A stretch of 60,465 nt of DNA, filler included, from Rhabdomonas costata (Eukaryota): the NCBI GenBank assembly GCA_019059605.1. It is 16 parts of 16 records of this genome, joined end to end, with 100 filler letters (N's around TTAATTAATTAA, not from the genome) between each part and the next. Parts side by side here need not be neighbours in the genome. Positions count along the whole stretch, not along the records: positions 1 to 3,698 come from JAHMHO010000600.1; positions 3,799 to 7,495 come from JAHMHO010000601.1; positions 7,596 to 11,282 come from JAHMHO010000602.1; positions 11,383 to 15,069 come from JAHMHO010000603.1; 12 more parts are not named here. One strand, given 5' to 3'. The position numbers and the translations under genes were made by a program. The notes under the pieces were generated by a model. The model saw only the letters and a list, made by a program, of their open reading frames with translations. It did not search any database and had not been told where the DNA came from. Below are positions 1 to 13,470 of this stretch, one piece after another. How positions within the stretch are numbered: the first letter of the stretch is position 1; every line of letters begins with the position of its first letter.

Positions 1-383
1 GTTGTGGTTTGTCTCGTGCTCTCTTTCTAGGAGTGGCCCTTTTTTGAATTCATATGATGTCTATTCTTTCGAGGTGTTCATGCGGTGAGCAATGGAAAGG
101 TCAAAATCAGTTGGGTGTGCTTCGTTTTCAAAATTGACTGACTGGATGGTCCGAATCAAACTCCACCTTGGTGCTTCGTCCTTTCTGCCCTTTTTTTAGA
201 GTGTTTTGCTCGCGAAGAGCTTGCTGATATGATCATTAACAGCCTTACTGTTCTGGATCTAGCCTTACCCTTTTCAAGCAGGCACCGGTGTGTGGGTGTT
301 CACCTCCGTTGCTCACGAAATGAGAGGATAGCTAAAAAAAAAAAAGACAAGTTCTCGCTATTTTTCCGTGCATTTTCCTAGTT

Positions 384-1370
384 TTGGTCCTTTTTGGAGA
401 TGGGCGGTTGGATTTGGCTAGGGCTGTAATGGCGTGGACGAAGAAGCATTGCCCCAGTTGGAAGCTTTTGTCGCCACCTTGCAATAATTCTCCAGAAAAC
501 ATTCTCCAGCTGTTAAAGGTTCTTTTATTCCTTTCGTTCCTTTCTCATGAAGGTGAACTTCCCCCAGCTGTCTTTCACCTTTCGGCTTTTTGTTATCAGG
601 AAGATTTCGATGTTCAGAAGACAGCTTGTTCTGTCTCTTCGTCGCCCAAATCTTCTGTAATTTTTCCGTGTAAGTTTCCGTATATTGGTGCGTCTGATTG
701 CGGCACTGAGTCCAGTTCCCAACAACTCAACGAAGCTGCGGTGCTTGCTATCCGGCGTTCTCCTTCGCCAGACTTGCTGTCTGATTCGCTGGATGAAGCG
801 GAGAATTTGGGGCCATCATCTGAACTTATTGCTCCCAGTCCCGATACATCGCGTCAACTGCCCCCACCGAAACCTCCCAGCCAGGATAAATTCTGCGAAA
901 AGTGCCCCATAATAAGCTCCTCTTCGGTTGCCTGCTCCTGTTCCTCCAGTGTCTCCATTTGCACTGTATCTTCCGACGGTTCCTCTGCTGTACCTCAGAC
1001 GGCGGCCGCCGAAAATGGGGGAATCCGGCAGTGTGCCACTCGTGAGCCTCCCCCACTGCCGCCTTCTTTGAATCCTTTGAATCCCACCATCTCTTGTCCA
1101 CAGGCCCCGTCTTTGGGGACGGGCCATACCAGCAACACCTTGCCCCTGGTGTGCGCGGGGCAAGGAATACTGAATCCCTTTCCCCCAGTTGAGTCAGTGG
1201 CGGCACTTCTGCGCGCGGCTGGTGTGGTAGTCATCTCATCTGGTCTGCAGCCTCCGCCGGTACGTGTGGCTCCGGTGCCCCCTCGAATGCTCCCGTTCCA
1301 GCACATTGCTGTCGGCCCTGGACCAGCAGTGAACTTTTCTCCGAAGGTTTTGAATGCAAAGGCTTTTTAA
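384..1370 (+). CDS. Ser/Pro-rich low-complexity ORF of unknown function (possibly TE-derived or non-coding)
   Basis: 328-codon open frame with no recognisable domain. Confidence 0.2.
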   Translation: MVLFGDGRLDLARAVMAWTKKHCPSWKLLSPPCNNSPENILQLLKVLLFLSFLSHEGELPPAVFHLSAFCYQEDFDVQKTACSVSSSPKSSVIFPCKFPYIGASDCGTESSSQQLNEAAVLAIRRSPSPDLLSDSLDEAENLGPSSELIAPSPDTSRQLPPPKPPSQDKFCEKCPIISSSSVACSCSSSVSICTVSSDGSSAVPQTAAAENGGIRQCATREPPPLPPSLNPLNPTISCPQAPSLGTGHTSNTLPLVCAGQGILNPFPPVESVAALLRAAGVVVISSGLQPPPVRVAPVPPRMLPFQHIAVGPGPAVNFSPKVLNAKAF

Positions 1371-3698
1371 TTCCCATGTAGGTTTCAGGATGGTTCTGTT
1401 TGCTTGGTTCGCCCGTTGGATACGATTTTCAATGCTCTCACTTCTCTACTCTACGTTGTGGCTGCGTTGCACGTGGAGTGAGGGCCCGTATCGAAAGCGG
1501 CACTTGCTGACGGTTTCGATGTTTTTGTGTAGTTTATTTGCAGGCAGCAGTGACTTAGTACTTATAGACTGGGTCAACGGCACAACAATGTTCTTCCAGT
1601 ACTTTCCTCGTACGATAGGCGTCTGGCATGGATGTGCGCGCACCGGAGATCTCCCACAGGACCCCAAAATGTTCCAACCTTGAGTGTTAAAGATGCAGAA
1701 CAAATATTTTGGACGAGACCAATTCTCACCGGAGAATCGCGCTATAACGTGCATCTTTGGTGCCCTTGCCGTTGACTCGGGCCACACCGTTACCAGAAGT
1801 CTGGTAAGGGCAACACCTAATTTCTACTAAATGAGGTTTTTAAGGGCGTGCAGGATTGAGTTGACATCTCGTGCACTTCACTGTGTCTTTTGTGAAAACC
1901 TCAGGATCGTCTTCCAGTTGTGGATTCCTTCAACGCCTCTTCCCTCGGGGTCGCGCCTCAACCCAAACCTCAGAACACTCAACTGCCCACGGTCATAAGA
2001 AAGAGTGTCGATCGGGCTGAGGAGACGAACTTCAAATTCTCGCCGCTTTTTCTGGAGCTGGCGCGCCGCGGTGTCAAGCGAAAGTTCTCTGATGCGAGCC
2101 CCACCAAACCAACAATAGCGACCATCACCTGTGGCAGTCGCGGAGCGCACCGGAGTGCATTCCCCAAAGCCCAGCCCCTTCACTCACCTGCTCAATGGGG
2201 GGGAATGGAGCCCGGCGGAGGAACGCCTTTGCCGCAAGGTTAGCCGCGTTCTTCTGATGTTGTCTCGGCACTGCGCGGGTAACTTGCTTGTGCCTGCGGA
2301 CCAACTATTGAACAGTGCGGAGTTATCTGGTGTCAGTGAAGCTGCCGTGAGGTCTGCTAACCCACCACTCATCATATACATGATGTGTTTCTTTTAGGTG
2401 CTGTGCTGATCTCTGCAATATAAACAAAACACCCCAGGCCTTCTTTGGCCTATATCGTGAGTTCGCGAAGCAATGTTCGTGTGCAAATACCGGGTATTCT
2501 GGAATTATACTATTATCATGTGTCTTCGTTTAATTCTGCTGGAAGAATTTTTTGATGCTAAGCACGAATAAGTGTACGGGACAACCGCTGAAAAAGGATG
2601 GTGGGCTGGGGAAGTCCCCTCCGCCCAGGTGGACCGCCCCTATGCTGCCTCTTTTCTGAAATATTCACTTTGCTTGTCCCGGTCACTCAAAGGAGAGTCC
2701 TCCGCCTTGATCCATGGCAGCGGTTTCTTCTGAAGCGGGGCTGTGGCAAAATGCAGTGGTACGTCAGCCCAAACCTTACAAACTCCGATGCTCCTGAGCC
2801 AGTCGCAGTGAGATTCGCCCACGAGATCCCGTATTGCGTCTGCGGTGTGTGTTTTGTTGGTAAGTTGGCAGTCGCCCTTTGAGGGTCTTCTTTCGCAGGA
2901 ACCCGTTTTGGTCTTGATTCGTTCAGGGATCTTGAAATCCGATTGGGGGGAAATTCGGAGAAAGGGGCTGACCTCGGCTCAGCCAGACCGCTTCCTGGTC
3001 TTTGCGGTCGACTTGTGTGGTGTGCCTTTCTCTTCGGTGGTGGATCGCTCTGATCGCGTACACGCGAGCCCAGAGCCAGAGTACTTCGAGGAATCTCGGC
3101 TCTTTGCTCCTGCAGGTGTGCGGAAGGATGCCGAGCTCCATATCTTTGTGGACATCCAGAAATGTTTCGAAGGTTTTTGTGTTTTTGGCATCCCTCCCCC
3201 CAAAATGAACATGTACGGTCTCGATGAGGTTTGTCATGTTCGTAAGATGAAGATGCTTTGTTGTTGTGCGCCCAAATACGACCTCCCCCCCCCTCGCCCT
3301 ATCCTTCCGAAGCAGGCATTCATAACGTGAAATACCGTATCCTTGTTTAAGTCTTCCTTTCGGAATGATCTGGCGCGGTGTAGCACGCCCTTCAGGTTCG
3401 CAACCTCCCATATCGCTGCCCCGACGAGCAGCAGCATCCTTTTTGTGAGCTTTCCAAGTAGCAGGGTGGCAGAGCGTAAGCAGGCCTGGGGTCTTTTGTA
3501 TATACTGGAGAATGACCCTTTCCCGTCAGCGGCACTGGTGTCTCACCACCCTTCCCTTCCACACCACTGGAACCCTCAAAGCTGTTGCCCTGTTGTTGAG
3601 TCCTACTGCAGTTACATCTGCTCCGGAGATGGAGCATATCGGCTGCTCCACGTTTTTAATCTCTAACACGCCCTGCGCGTCGCCCTTCCCCAACCCAC

Positions 3699-3798
3699 NN
3701 NNNNNNNNNNNNNNNNNNNNNNNNNNNNNNNNNNNNNNNNNNTTAATTAATTAANNNNNNNNNNNNNNNNNNNNNNNNNNNNNNNNNNNNNNNNNNNN
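3699..3798. other. Artificial contig spacer (N44-TTAATTAATTAA-N44), first of 15
   Basis: Six-frame stop linker inside N runs. The same spacer occurs at 7496, 11283, 15070, 18858, 22646, 26435, 30219, 34008, 37794, 41579, 45358, 49138, 52909 and 56688 (100 nt each). Adjacency across spacers has no biological meaning. Confidence 0.98.
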
Positions 3799-4090
3799 TT
3801 GTTCTTGTATTTATTGCACTCACTATGACGGTCTCGGTTGTCTGTACTGACGCATAAAGTTTTCTGTGAAGTGTTAGGTTTCGTTTGCTTTGAAGTGCGT
3901 AGGTTTCCAGCGTATCGCTTGTGTGCTCGCGCGCTCAGTAGTGGAAGGACGGAGAGGGTTTTGTTGCCCCGGTTCAAATATATACGTGTGAATGGAAATG
4001 GCTTAGCCGCAGCGCAAACGATTCTACCTTTCGGGATTATCTGTGCATGTTTTCGATACTTGGTTGCGAATATGTTTTTTTGGCGGGCAG

Positions 4091-7000
4091 AAGGAACAGA
4101 CTGAGCTCCGCCCTGGGCTGTGTGAGGTGCAGCACATGCTGCGGTGCCTTGCGCACTGCTGCCTGCTGCCCACCGGGGGCGCTGAGGAGGCTGCCGCCGG
4201 GCCCGGGCATCGGTATCGGGGGGTTCTCTCTGCCGCAGCGCTGAGGCTGCTGCGGCAGAGCTTGCGTGTCCGGGGCTTGCCTGACGACGAGCGGAGCGCA
4301 GCGCTGGGCAGGTGTTGCTCTGATTATCATCTTCCGCGCTGGTTTTGTGGTGACAGCCGGTTACAGGTTTCCAGACCACAGAGCACAGGTGACCCAAGCA
4401 GGAGCTCGATAGGGATTAATATGCCTCTGTAGGCGGGAGAGCTGGGGTGGATTCGGATGAATTCGTATTGGCCTCGATAGCATTTACTGATGTGCTATGT
4501 CTGTCTAAAAGTGAGGTCCCACCAAAGAATCGTTTTGTGAAGTTAGTGAATTATAAATCAAAGTGTGCTCTTGTTCTGTGGGTTGAATGAGTGTCAGAGC
4601 GTTCTTTTGGGCTGTGAGAGAGTCCGATTCGGCTCCATGAGATTTCCTTTGCGGCCAAGGCAAAAATGAGGTCAGGTGACGCGATACAAAACCGGATTTT
4701 TCTGCTGTGCTGTGGGAATTTCTGTTGCTCTTCAGGCTCTGTGGGCTCCTGCACAGCCTGGCCTCTGTGTGCCCTTCGCTGCTGCAGCGTGGGGGCTCCT
4801 TGCTCTCCCTGGCCGCCAATGTGGCTCTGGTGGAGGCCCATCGGCAGACTCGCCCACCTTCCTCAGCGTCTCCTTTGGGGGCTTCTCTTAGTGAGCTGCT
4901 GGAAGTGCTCCAGGTGACGTTTACTTGATTGTGTGAGAGAGAGTCGCCTGCCTTGCACGTAGATTGCGAATCTGTTACTGAGGGTGCACGTTTGAGCTGG
5001 GCTGGTTATAAATAATTTCAGAAACTGCCAAAGCTCACATTCGTTGGAAAAATTGTTCTCTGCTTTCAGTTTACGGTGGAACCTGCTACAGCAGGCTGCA
5101 ACCTAAATCAAGAGTTTCCAACCCAGCATATGCGGCTCAACAGGTTCAGCACAAGGGACTCCAGCAACAACCAACCCACGTGTGCACGCGTCTCACGTCA
5201 ATGGAAGCGACCAGTGGAGTGCGATGATGTGGTTTTTTTGCATTTTAGGAATGCATTTTAAAATTGAAAATACAATATAATACAAAATACAATTCTTCGG
5301 CTGACCCTGAGCCTCCTCGACAGCAGATGCTGCGCAAGCCCAGCGACATAAGCACTGGTCAAAAAGAAACTCCGATGCACTTCGAAAGTTCGAAACCCTA
5401 CTGACTAGATTCTCAATTTCGGGCTGTAGCTGGGCTTATGATAAAAATATGACATTTTCCCCAGGCAACTGTGACACCAACCTTGAATTTACTTTCGCTT
5501 TATTTTTGGAAATCAACTTTAGTAGGACTTTTTGGGGTTGGAAAACAGGCAGTGCGTATTTCTTCTGTTCTCTCTCTGTCTCAGTGGACTGCACGGGTGG
5601 AAATCACGATGGAGGAGCTCACGGATCTGGCGCTGCAGCGGATCCGCGGACAGCCTTCGGCGGACAGGGAGGCGCAGGCGGACGAGCTGCAGCGGGCCTC
5701 GGCAGCTATGGAGGCCGTGTGGTGCTTGGAGCTGGCGATGGCTCTTAGGTGTGCGTTCATAAAGCTTTCAGGGAAGAGTTCAGCAAGGGCAACACCAGGT
5801 GACCTTGCTGATGCAGATGCACAGATACTGCCAGGTTCAAAGAAACTTGGGAGGGTGTTAAACGTGTAACACCAATGAATCGTCGAAAATTTATTGCTTA
5901 AAAAACCGTTTTCAATGAGGCAGTGACAGGAAAATAACTTTACAAAAAACAGGATAAATTAAAAACACAATAAATTAATTCTGTAATTAACGGTGATAAC
6001 AACCAACGGGATATTTTGCATCGCCTCCGCCCCCCAATCGCACGTCCCCGTCTCTTCCGGCCGCTCTGGGCTGCGGGCTGGCTTCCTGTTCCTGAAATAA
6101 TGCTGTCCCAATACCTCTTTCCCGTTGTGGTTGTTGTTGTTGTTGTTTGTTCACGTCCTTTTTCTGTGAACACACCCATCGACCTGTCTGGTCATAACCG
6201 GCTGCACGTGGAGCGAGCTATATTCCTCCTGAGTTCCCCTGGAAAGGGGCGAAACTACTGCTAAAAATACCAATAATTGCTCCGAACCTCTCTCTTTCTT
6301 GTGGAGTTTGTGAGACGGCTTTGTGAGACGGAGATGTGTTTTTTCCGCGCTATTGGGTTTCGAGTTCTGGGGTTGCAAGGTTTCGGGTACGTCTCCAGGG
6401 GATTTGGGTGGGGATACACCACCCTTGTGGAAAACCGAGAGACCTTGCTCTTGCCCATGATGCGAGCTTTCCCTGAGCTCCGAAGCTTGGGCCAGCACAA
6501 GGACTCGCCTGTTGGAGGTACTTCGCCCATCCATCGCATCAGCATTTCCTGCCGTTTTGCGTGGGTGGTAGCCCCAAGGTTTGGGTTCATGCGGTGGATG
6601 TACTTCGCCGTTGAGGTTCACTTTTCCAACCTTCCAGATTTCTTAATGTGAATCCGAGTTTGCGTTTCTAGTGACATACCTTGCAAGTGGCACCCATGGG
6701 GCTTTTTTGCCGCACAGGCACGACCGTTTCTGATCTGAAGGATGGCCCTTGTCCAGGACCCATTGTGGAGCGGTGGCTGCACCTAATGGGTTCGCTGGCT
6801 GAGGTGTGTGTATGTGCGTGTGTATATGTGTGTTTGTGTGCCACGAGCCCAAAGTATTCTATTCGCTTGGCCCTTTTATTAAGGAAGCCAAACTGCTGGA
6901 TCCTCGTTTTGACCCACGTCTATTGACAGAGACGCACACATCAACACTTTCCAGAAGTTCCATGGTAGAGATCTTGCAATGACAGCGGCGAGGGTATACT

Positions 7001-7255
7001 GAGAGAGTCGGTTAGCGTGTACAACACGCTCAACACATGCATTTCAGCGCGAGGACTGTAAGGATTGGATTGAAATGAATTTCATGGCCTGTTCGCCGCG
7101 TTCTTGTCGCTTCTCCGCCTTATCTTCAGGAGCTCCCCCACCATGACGCCAGCCCTGCAAAGATGAGGGTCTTCTTGCAGTTCTGCGTTAACTGGCTGCG
7201 AATCGGCCTGGAGGACTCGCGCATCAGCTCACCAACCCGCCTGAACTGTGCCAAA
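4091..7255 (+). CDS. Multi-exon hypothetical helical protein (partial)
   Basis: GC-rich exons with AG/GT borders and matching phases at 4091-4311, 4736-4913 and 5585-5748. Further exons at 6718-6803 and 7130-~7255. One linking exon between 5748 and 6718 was not identified. Confidence 0.55.
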
Positions 7256-7755
7256 GCATGCACTTTTCCTTCTTGGTGTACGCTGCCTGAAAGCCTAAAA
7301 GCACAATAATGTGATCAAAACTTCGTTGAAGGGTTCTGAGCATAAAAAAGAAGAAACGGAATATTCCATCGAGGCAGCCATGTGAAAATGTTTTTCAGGA
7401 TTCGACCACCGAACCCCAAGCTACGCACAACAGAGAGGGCAAGCGGTGGATCTGGAATAGGGGCAGAAGTTCAAAGGAAACGAACACACCAAAACNNNNN
7501 NNNNNNNNNNNNNNNNNNNNNNNNNNNNNNNNNNNNNNNTTAATTAATTAANNNNNNNNNNNNNNNNNNNNNNNNNNNNNNNNNNNNNNNNNNNNTTTTG
7601 TTTGGGGAGGGCATTCATAGGTTCAACTTGCATCTACACACCTACTTAACAGCATTTAGAGAGTCGTTTTTGCCCTTCAGGAGGGCTTTTCGATTCCAAG
7701 GGCATGGGAAATTTTACTGCTTCGTTGGCGGATAGGCGGGCAACGCTTCAACGAC

Positions 7756-10700
7756 CTCCACTCTGTGTGGTTGATATTCTTTGACACGAACGGGAGGACA
7801 TGGGGGACCACTTCGTCCTCAACGGTTTGGGCGACAAGGCAGAGGCAAGTCCCGGCGGCCGTGGCCAAGTTCCACTCGTCAGGGTCCTGCAAAAAAGAGA
7901 ATGAAGGTGCATCCCCATGTAAGATGTTATTTTCGTCCATGCCGCTCACCTCTTCTGGGTTGGGTGCAAAATGGTAACACTTGTCAAGGCACAGCAATCG
8001 GCTCGAATCCGCATCACGGTCAAACACGCCGGTCTCGATTGGGAGTTTAGGCGATTTAGGTGAAGGCAACTCTGGCCCCATCCCAACCAGGACTTCCCTT
8101 ATGGAAGAAGGGGGGCCAGCAGGTGCCTGGTTGGAATAAGTTCCCTCGGCGCGCTTAATTGGCCGGAGTCTCGTTCCGTGGCGAAACAAGAGTTACACTT
8201 CGTGGGGCAGTAAAGGTTCGTACGATCGTGGCAGCGATATTGGCGTGAAGGAACACTGGGGATCCGAAGGGAGCCAGAGACCTCAGATTGCTTTGTCAAG
8301 CACTCTGTTACAACCTCGACGAGGTGCTTCAGCGCACCCTTGACGTAGAACTCGCAGCCCCGTCCATCCTGAGAGAAGGCAAAAGGAAGGGAAGGGTGAG
8401 GGTGGGGGTGGGGGTTTTGGTCATGCTATTGGGCATGGGCGATGAGGAATCATAAAACACAATACGTCACATCACTTCTCTCTTGCTTACCCAAACCCCA
8501 CAAGGACACTACACCAAAGAAGTGCAACCCTCTCTGTCCCCCAGATCAAAAACAAAAAAAGGACAGAAGCACAACCAACTCAGCCATGCCTTTCGCTTGC
8601 CCGCTTCTTCCTTGCATCTCGGGTAACTCCAGACATACAAAATCTAAGGTAAGGTGAAGACTTAAAATGACGTTAAACATTGTAAATCATATTTAGGCCT
8701 CCTTGTTTGGGGTTACTCACCACCATTACTCACAAACTACACTCAAATACAATTTTTCCCGGCAAATCGGGAGTCACGGCATTTCACAGTCAGAGTGCAC
8801 GAGACTTTATGTTTGCGGAACAAGAGCGACGGGAAAAAAATGGGCGTGAATAGTTTGGTAATTAAATTGAGGATTGAAAGAAAGTGACACAGAAACAGAA
8901 AAGTGACGTGTGGTGGACAAGGGGGAAACTCAATGCAATTTGACCACGCATGCTCCATTGGAGGAATGGCATATATTTTATCGCAAGAACCCCCAACCCT
9001 GGGCTCATAAAGTGCTCAGAAGAGAAAAGAGAACCTCCTCCTGGATCAGCTCGATCTCCACGTCGCACATTGAAGACCAGAACTCGATGCCCTGAAGCCC
9101 AATCCTCTGCTCATCCTTCCTCACGGCTTCTAGGGTCACCTGTCACCAAAACAGCCACAGGCATGCATGCACAGGGATAGAGCTGCGAAACAATTTGCTA
9201 TGTCACGTGGGTAGACTCGATAACATAAAAAATCCTTTCCGATCTGCTTCTCTTGGTCTTTGTTGAACAACAATAAAAAAAATAAAGGTTGCCGCTTGTT
9301 AATCTTAAACTACAGACGACTGTTCGAAAAGCTAGAATCCTACTCCCAAGCAAAACTCAAAGAGGGCAAGCCAGGTGCAACGTCACTTGGGGTTGGACTT
9401 ATTCTTATACAAGGGAGGCACGCACAGAGAGCGAAGCCGAAGCAGGCCCGGGGTCTTAAAGTTTACAATAGGCCTCCCGAAACGCTGCGTGGTCAAAAGG
9501 CTCTCGGCCACCCAGTGCCAACCAAAATGTGGACTTGCTTTTGCCTGGGGTGTGGGTCTTTTCAGTCAGCAGCAAGCAGCTCCACTGGGACTCTTGGCCA
9601 CCTTTCTGTAAATGGGGATGGGAGTGCGAATAGACAGAGTGTTGCACAGGAGCAGCATCGGCGGAATATTTTCACCACTTGGGTGCCACTTCGCTGAATA
9701 CCGCCTGCTGCTGCAATTCCAATTGGAATCCCCTTTTCCCACCTGAAGCGCCGGGGTCTCCGTGCCACTGGGGAACCTCAAGACTTATTCAGCAATCGCG
9801 TTGTCGCTCTGGGGTGGGGATAACACGTTACGCGACTGTGTTGCTGGAATTGCTTCTGTGGCGGGTTTTCGTCCTGAGGTGGAGCAATCCGATGCCACGG
9901 TTGATCTCACATTCGACCACGCGCACTCCCAACAATGGGATGAACGGAACCCGGCAGTTGAACTTACACAACCCCCGGGCAGCTCCCAGCTGCCCGTTAA
10001 AGCGGGATACTAACGAAAGACGTGCACCCCCCCCCCTCTGTTCTTTGTGCTTGACTTTGGGCAGACACGGACAAAGAGAACGTCTACGGACGGGTTTCCT
10101 CCCCTTCTAAAAAGCGGGCTGGCGGGGAGGCCCGTGTTAAGCGGGCTGGCCTCTCCTTGTGTAAATAGCGGGGTACTGAGGTTCTTAATAAAACCATTGA
10201 TTTTGAGTAAGAGAAAGCCCTTGTCGTACAAACTCAGGTCGAGTATATTCGTACGAACATTCTGATTCGCGAAACATCAGTATTTTCAATTTTCTTCGAC
10301 TGGAATGAGTTTGGGTCTCCCGAGGCCGAGAAAATAATACAAGGAATCAGCAAGATCCGACCGGTAACTGAACGCGCGAAGCGCGGGGTTGGTCAAAGTG
10401 ACCCAAAAGTTCCCCTACAGGGCACCGAAGGATGGAGATGCAGAGGTGTAACTTGCATCCGTGCATTTCTTTGAAGAGAATCCAAACCCTTATTTCCTTT
10501 TCTTGTGCCTGACACGTCTGAGTCCACAACAGAGTGCGGTTGAAGTTCAACATCTGAAAAAATTTCAAAATGCTGGTTAGTGTCCGGCGTTCCGTTGGTG
10601 CCCACTGTGGCATTCACTCAAATAACGTCCAATTGGAGAAAGAGTGAAGGTTCAATGTTCTCGTCTGGCCGACATAGCAGGGAGCTGAATAGTGAAACAC

Positions 10701-11282
10701 ATCCACACCCCAAAGAGGGCCTGCATGTACGGCTTGAGCTTGTCATAATACAGGGTGACAATCTTGCTCAAACACTGCATTGCCGCCTCTCGTACCCGAA
10801 CATCAGTGGCCTGAGTCCCCTCGCAAACCTGCCCCATGAGGTAATTCCGCTCATTCTGCAAAAAGGGAACACGTGCAGGACGTCACGAAGAGCTTCCCAA
10901 ATCCTCTTATACCACGCGGAATCACTGGAAACGGTTGGTGTGTACATGAACATTACGCTTTGCGTCATGGAAGCAATCGAAAGAAATAAAAAAGGGAACC
11001 TTATCCGAGTCCGAAAATTTATGAATTAGGGACGGAGAGCAGAGGGGTATGTCGAACGAACAAAACAATCACGTGTCACCGCCCTTGCCATCATTTTCGA
11101 CAAACACAGTAGAGATGCAAATGGGCGTTCGGAGGCTGAAAAAAAGAATGGGAAGAATGAAATGTTAAGTTTCCACCTCATTTTCCATGTTTCCCCGAAC
11201 AAACTCCAGGGAGTTGTACAGCGCTCGGGTGGCGGTATATCTTATGTCCATATTGGGCTCCTCTTTGCGCATTCCCTGCACA
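7756..11282 (-). CDS. KPNB1: Importin subunit beta-1 (karyopherin beta), internal fragment
   Basis: Five phase-consistent GT-AG exons: 11282-11177 (VQGMRKEEP..LYNSLEF), 10855-10709 (ERNYLMGQVCEGTQ..LYYDKLKPYM), 9139-9035 (LQGIEFWSSMCDVE), 8368-8282 (FYVKGAL..LTKQSE), 7886-7756 (DEWNLATAAGTCL..VVPHVLPFV..EWR). All are colinear with importin-beta HEAT repeats. Confidence 0.95.
9620..9900 (+). mobile_element. Decayed C-terminal fragment of a CRE-like (RLE) non-LTR retrotransposon in the importin-beta intron
   Basis: Across frameshifts it reads EYRLLLQFQL / PLFPPEAPGSPC / QDLFSNRVVA / NTLRDCVAGIASVAGFRPEVEQ, resembling the LRxRLGxP..C..D..H..RHNxxRD..AG..E region. Confidence 0.45.
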
Positions 11283-12807
11283 NNNNNNNNNNNNNNNNNN
11301 NNNNNNNNNNNNNNNNNNNNNNNNNNTTAATTAATTAANNNNNNNNNNNNNNNNNNNNNNNNNNNNNNNNNNNNNNNNNNNNGTTTTTGGTGGTGCTGAA
11401 CGCTTCATAATCACTCCCCGAAGTACATGGGTTGCAAAGGGGGCCAGGCGACTTGACGTCACCACGAGCCTAAGTGATGCACAGTGAGGCGAGCTTGGCG
11501 CCCGAATCCATGCAACCATCGCGGACCACTAGCCTGAGCCCAGTGGAAACTTTTTGTTGTACTCCCTCCTTGGCGCAGGCTGCAGAGCGGCGCAATCAAC
11601 CATGGACCACTCCGTCATCAGATGGCAGGCTCCTCAGCACGATGACTTTCATCATCACCCAAAGCTTCAAAGAGTGAGGTGGAACTCCTCCGCGTTGCTC
11701 GACTCCGAGTTGCACAAATGGTTTTGTTTCATAGCCAACACTGGAGTCGTGCGTTGTGTGCACACTCCTGTTCCCCTTCTCCTCCGAAGTTTTCTTTCGC
11801 GCACAAAAACATATACAAACAATGCAAACAAATATGCATACACTATCCCACTCACCCAAACTAAAAGACTCTCGAAGATGCTTGCCGGAAAAAAACCTTT
11901 GGCGACGCTTTTCTCGTTCAAAGCGCCCACGACCCGATTCCGGCACGTCAAGCTTACTGGCTTACCCTCGCTAATTTCATCTAGAGATATTCAATCAATC
12001 ACGTCTCCTCTTTTCAGGACCTGAACGCCTTCCGGAGCGCTAACTTTCAATGTGCCAGATGCAGCAGCTGAACATCCACCCCTGTTCAGCCATGCGAAGA
12101 AGTCCCTCTCCTGTTGGACTGGCGCTAACCGACTGAAAATTCATAATTTCATCCCGACGAGAATTTTGTAAACTGCGTTTGTATTCGGACGGAGTTTGGT
12201 CCTCCTTCCAAGGGCACTGTTCCCCATTGTACTCGTAGCTATAACTTTCTTTCTCGACTTGACCACTTCAGCCTGACCCTGGATTCCGCACTATGTTATC
12301 CCACCGATAAAATTAATTCCCATCGAAACCTCCAAGTGCACTAGGCATCCGAAACGTTAATCCGGGAAGACTGGGGATCTTTTTCCGAGGTACTTCCAAT
12401 TGCATGTCCCGCATCGGGGATTTGACACCACCCTCTTTAACAGCGAACATTCCTAGTGGAAATCTGCGGTGTTTCAAAGAAGCGGCTGAAAGAACGCACA
12501 GTTCGTTTGTGCGTGCGCGTGGGGAAAACTGAGGCACGAGGAGGGGTGACCTCTGTATAGTTCTTGTGTGTGTGTGTGTGGACCGGGAACAGAACCCGAC
12601 TCCGCCTGACCCTATTCACTGTTGCTGTCATGTGATCAGGTTCTTGAAATAGTCTCCTTTTTTTTCTTGTCTTCTCCCGGCGCGTGCGTGTGTGGAAACA
12701 CGAAAACGAAACACGAAACACGAAACAATACTATTTTCAGAGAGGAACCTCCCACGCCTTAAGTGGTAAGAATACAGCATTCACAACACACACACACATA
12801 CACACAC

Positions 12808-12985
12808 CAATTCCCAGGGCGCGGTACCGGGTGCCGTCGAAGACCTCTTGCAGCCCGGGGATGCCCACCACGAAGATCTCCGGGGTCAGCCCCCCGGGCA
12901 GGGTGCAGTGCGTGCGGAGGTCCGCGAGGATCCTCCGGCACACCGCCTGCGGCAGCTTATCCGCCTGGCTCACCACTAGTCCAAC
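12808..12985 (-). CDS. Isolated exon, weakly EHD/dynamin-like P-loop NTPase (G4 region)
   Basis: cag|...|gt bounded GC-rich exon VGLVVSQADKL..RRILADL..TPEIFVVGI, resembling EHD IRVVLNKADQI..RVYGAL..TPEVVRVYI. Confidence 0.35.
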
Positions 12986-13470
12986 CTGAGGGGTTTTTCG
13001 GGAGGAAAGGCGAGTTTTAGTGGTGCGTGAGGTCAGGGGTGGGTGGCTGCACATTACATACACCCGCGCCGTTGACTGACCACCCTATTTTCGTTGCGTT
13101 TAAATTTCCCGTTCCCTTTACAGAGCTTCGATGCGAGAGCTAACACAGCAGTCTCCTCTGGGACTCGGTTGCATGGACTGAAAAGCTTTCAACGTGGTTG
13201 ACGAAACCATTTGTCAAAAAAAAAACACCGAAACTTTGCCTTCACAGTTCATCTTTCGCTGAGAACAGCATAAGGAAGTTCGACTCAATGCAGGGACCAT
13301 TCTCACTGCACAGCTGCCCCTCTCTCTCTTCCCTCTCACAGGCACTCTGCCCCAGTGAAATACCAAAATACACCAAAACAAAATGACCCTTTTCGGAAAA
13401 TCTGAAACCCCACCACCACCACCACCACCGTCACAGTTTGACAAATGTCGTGTGCCCAGCCCAAACATGA

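Noticed and set aside
2923-3698. Possible non-LTR C-terminal relic on the minus strand of contig 1
   Set aside because: No convincing CCHC or RT motif could be assembled.
3743-3754. Regularly spaced TTAATTAATTAA motif every ~3.78 kb
   Set aside because: Assembly linker within N runs; the periodicity reflects similarly sized contigs, not a biological array or CRISPR.
12784-12807. (CA)n and other microsatellites (also ~6130, ~13410, ~57624)
   Set aside because: Ordinary short simple repeats.
13468-13470. In-frame TGA as evidence of an alternative genetic code
   Set aside because: Conserved genes in the window use TGG for Trp and have no in-frame stops; decay or frameshift is the simpler explanation.
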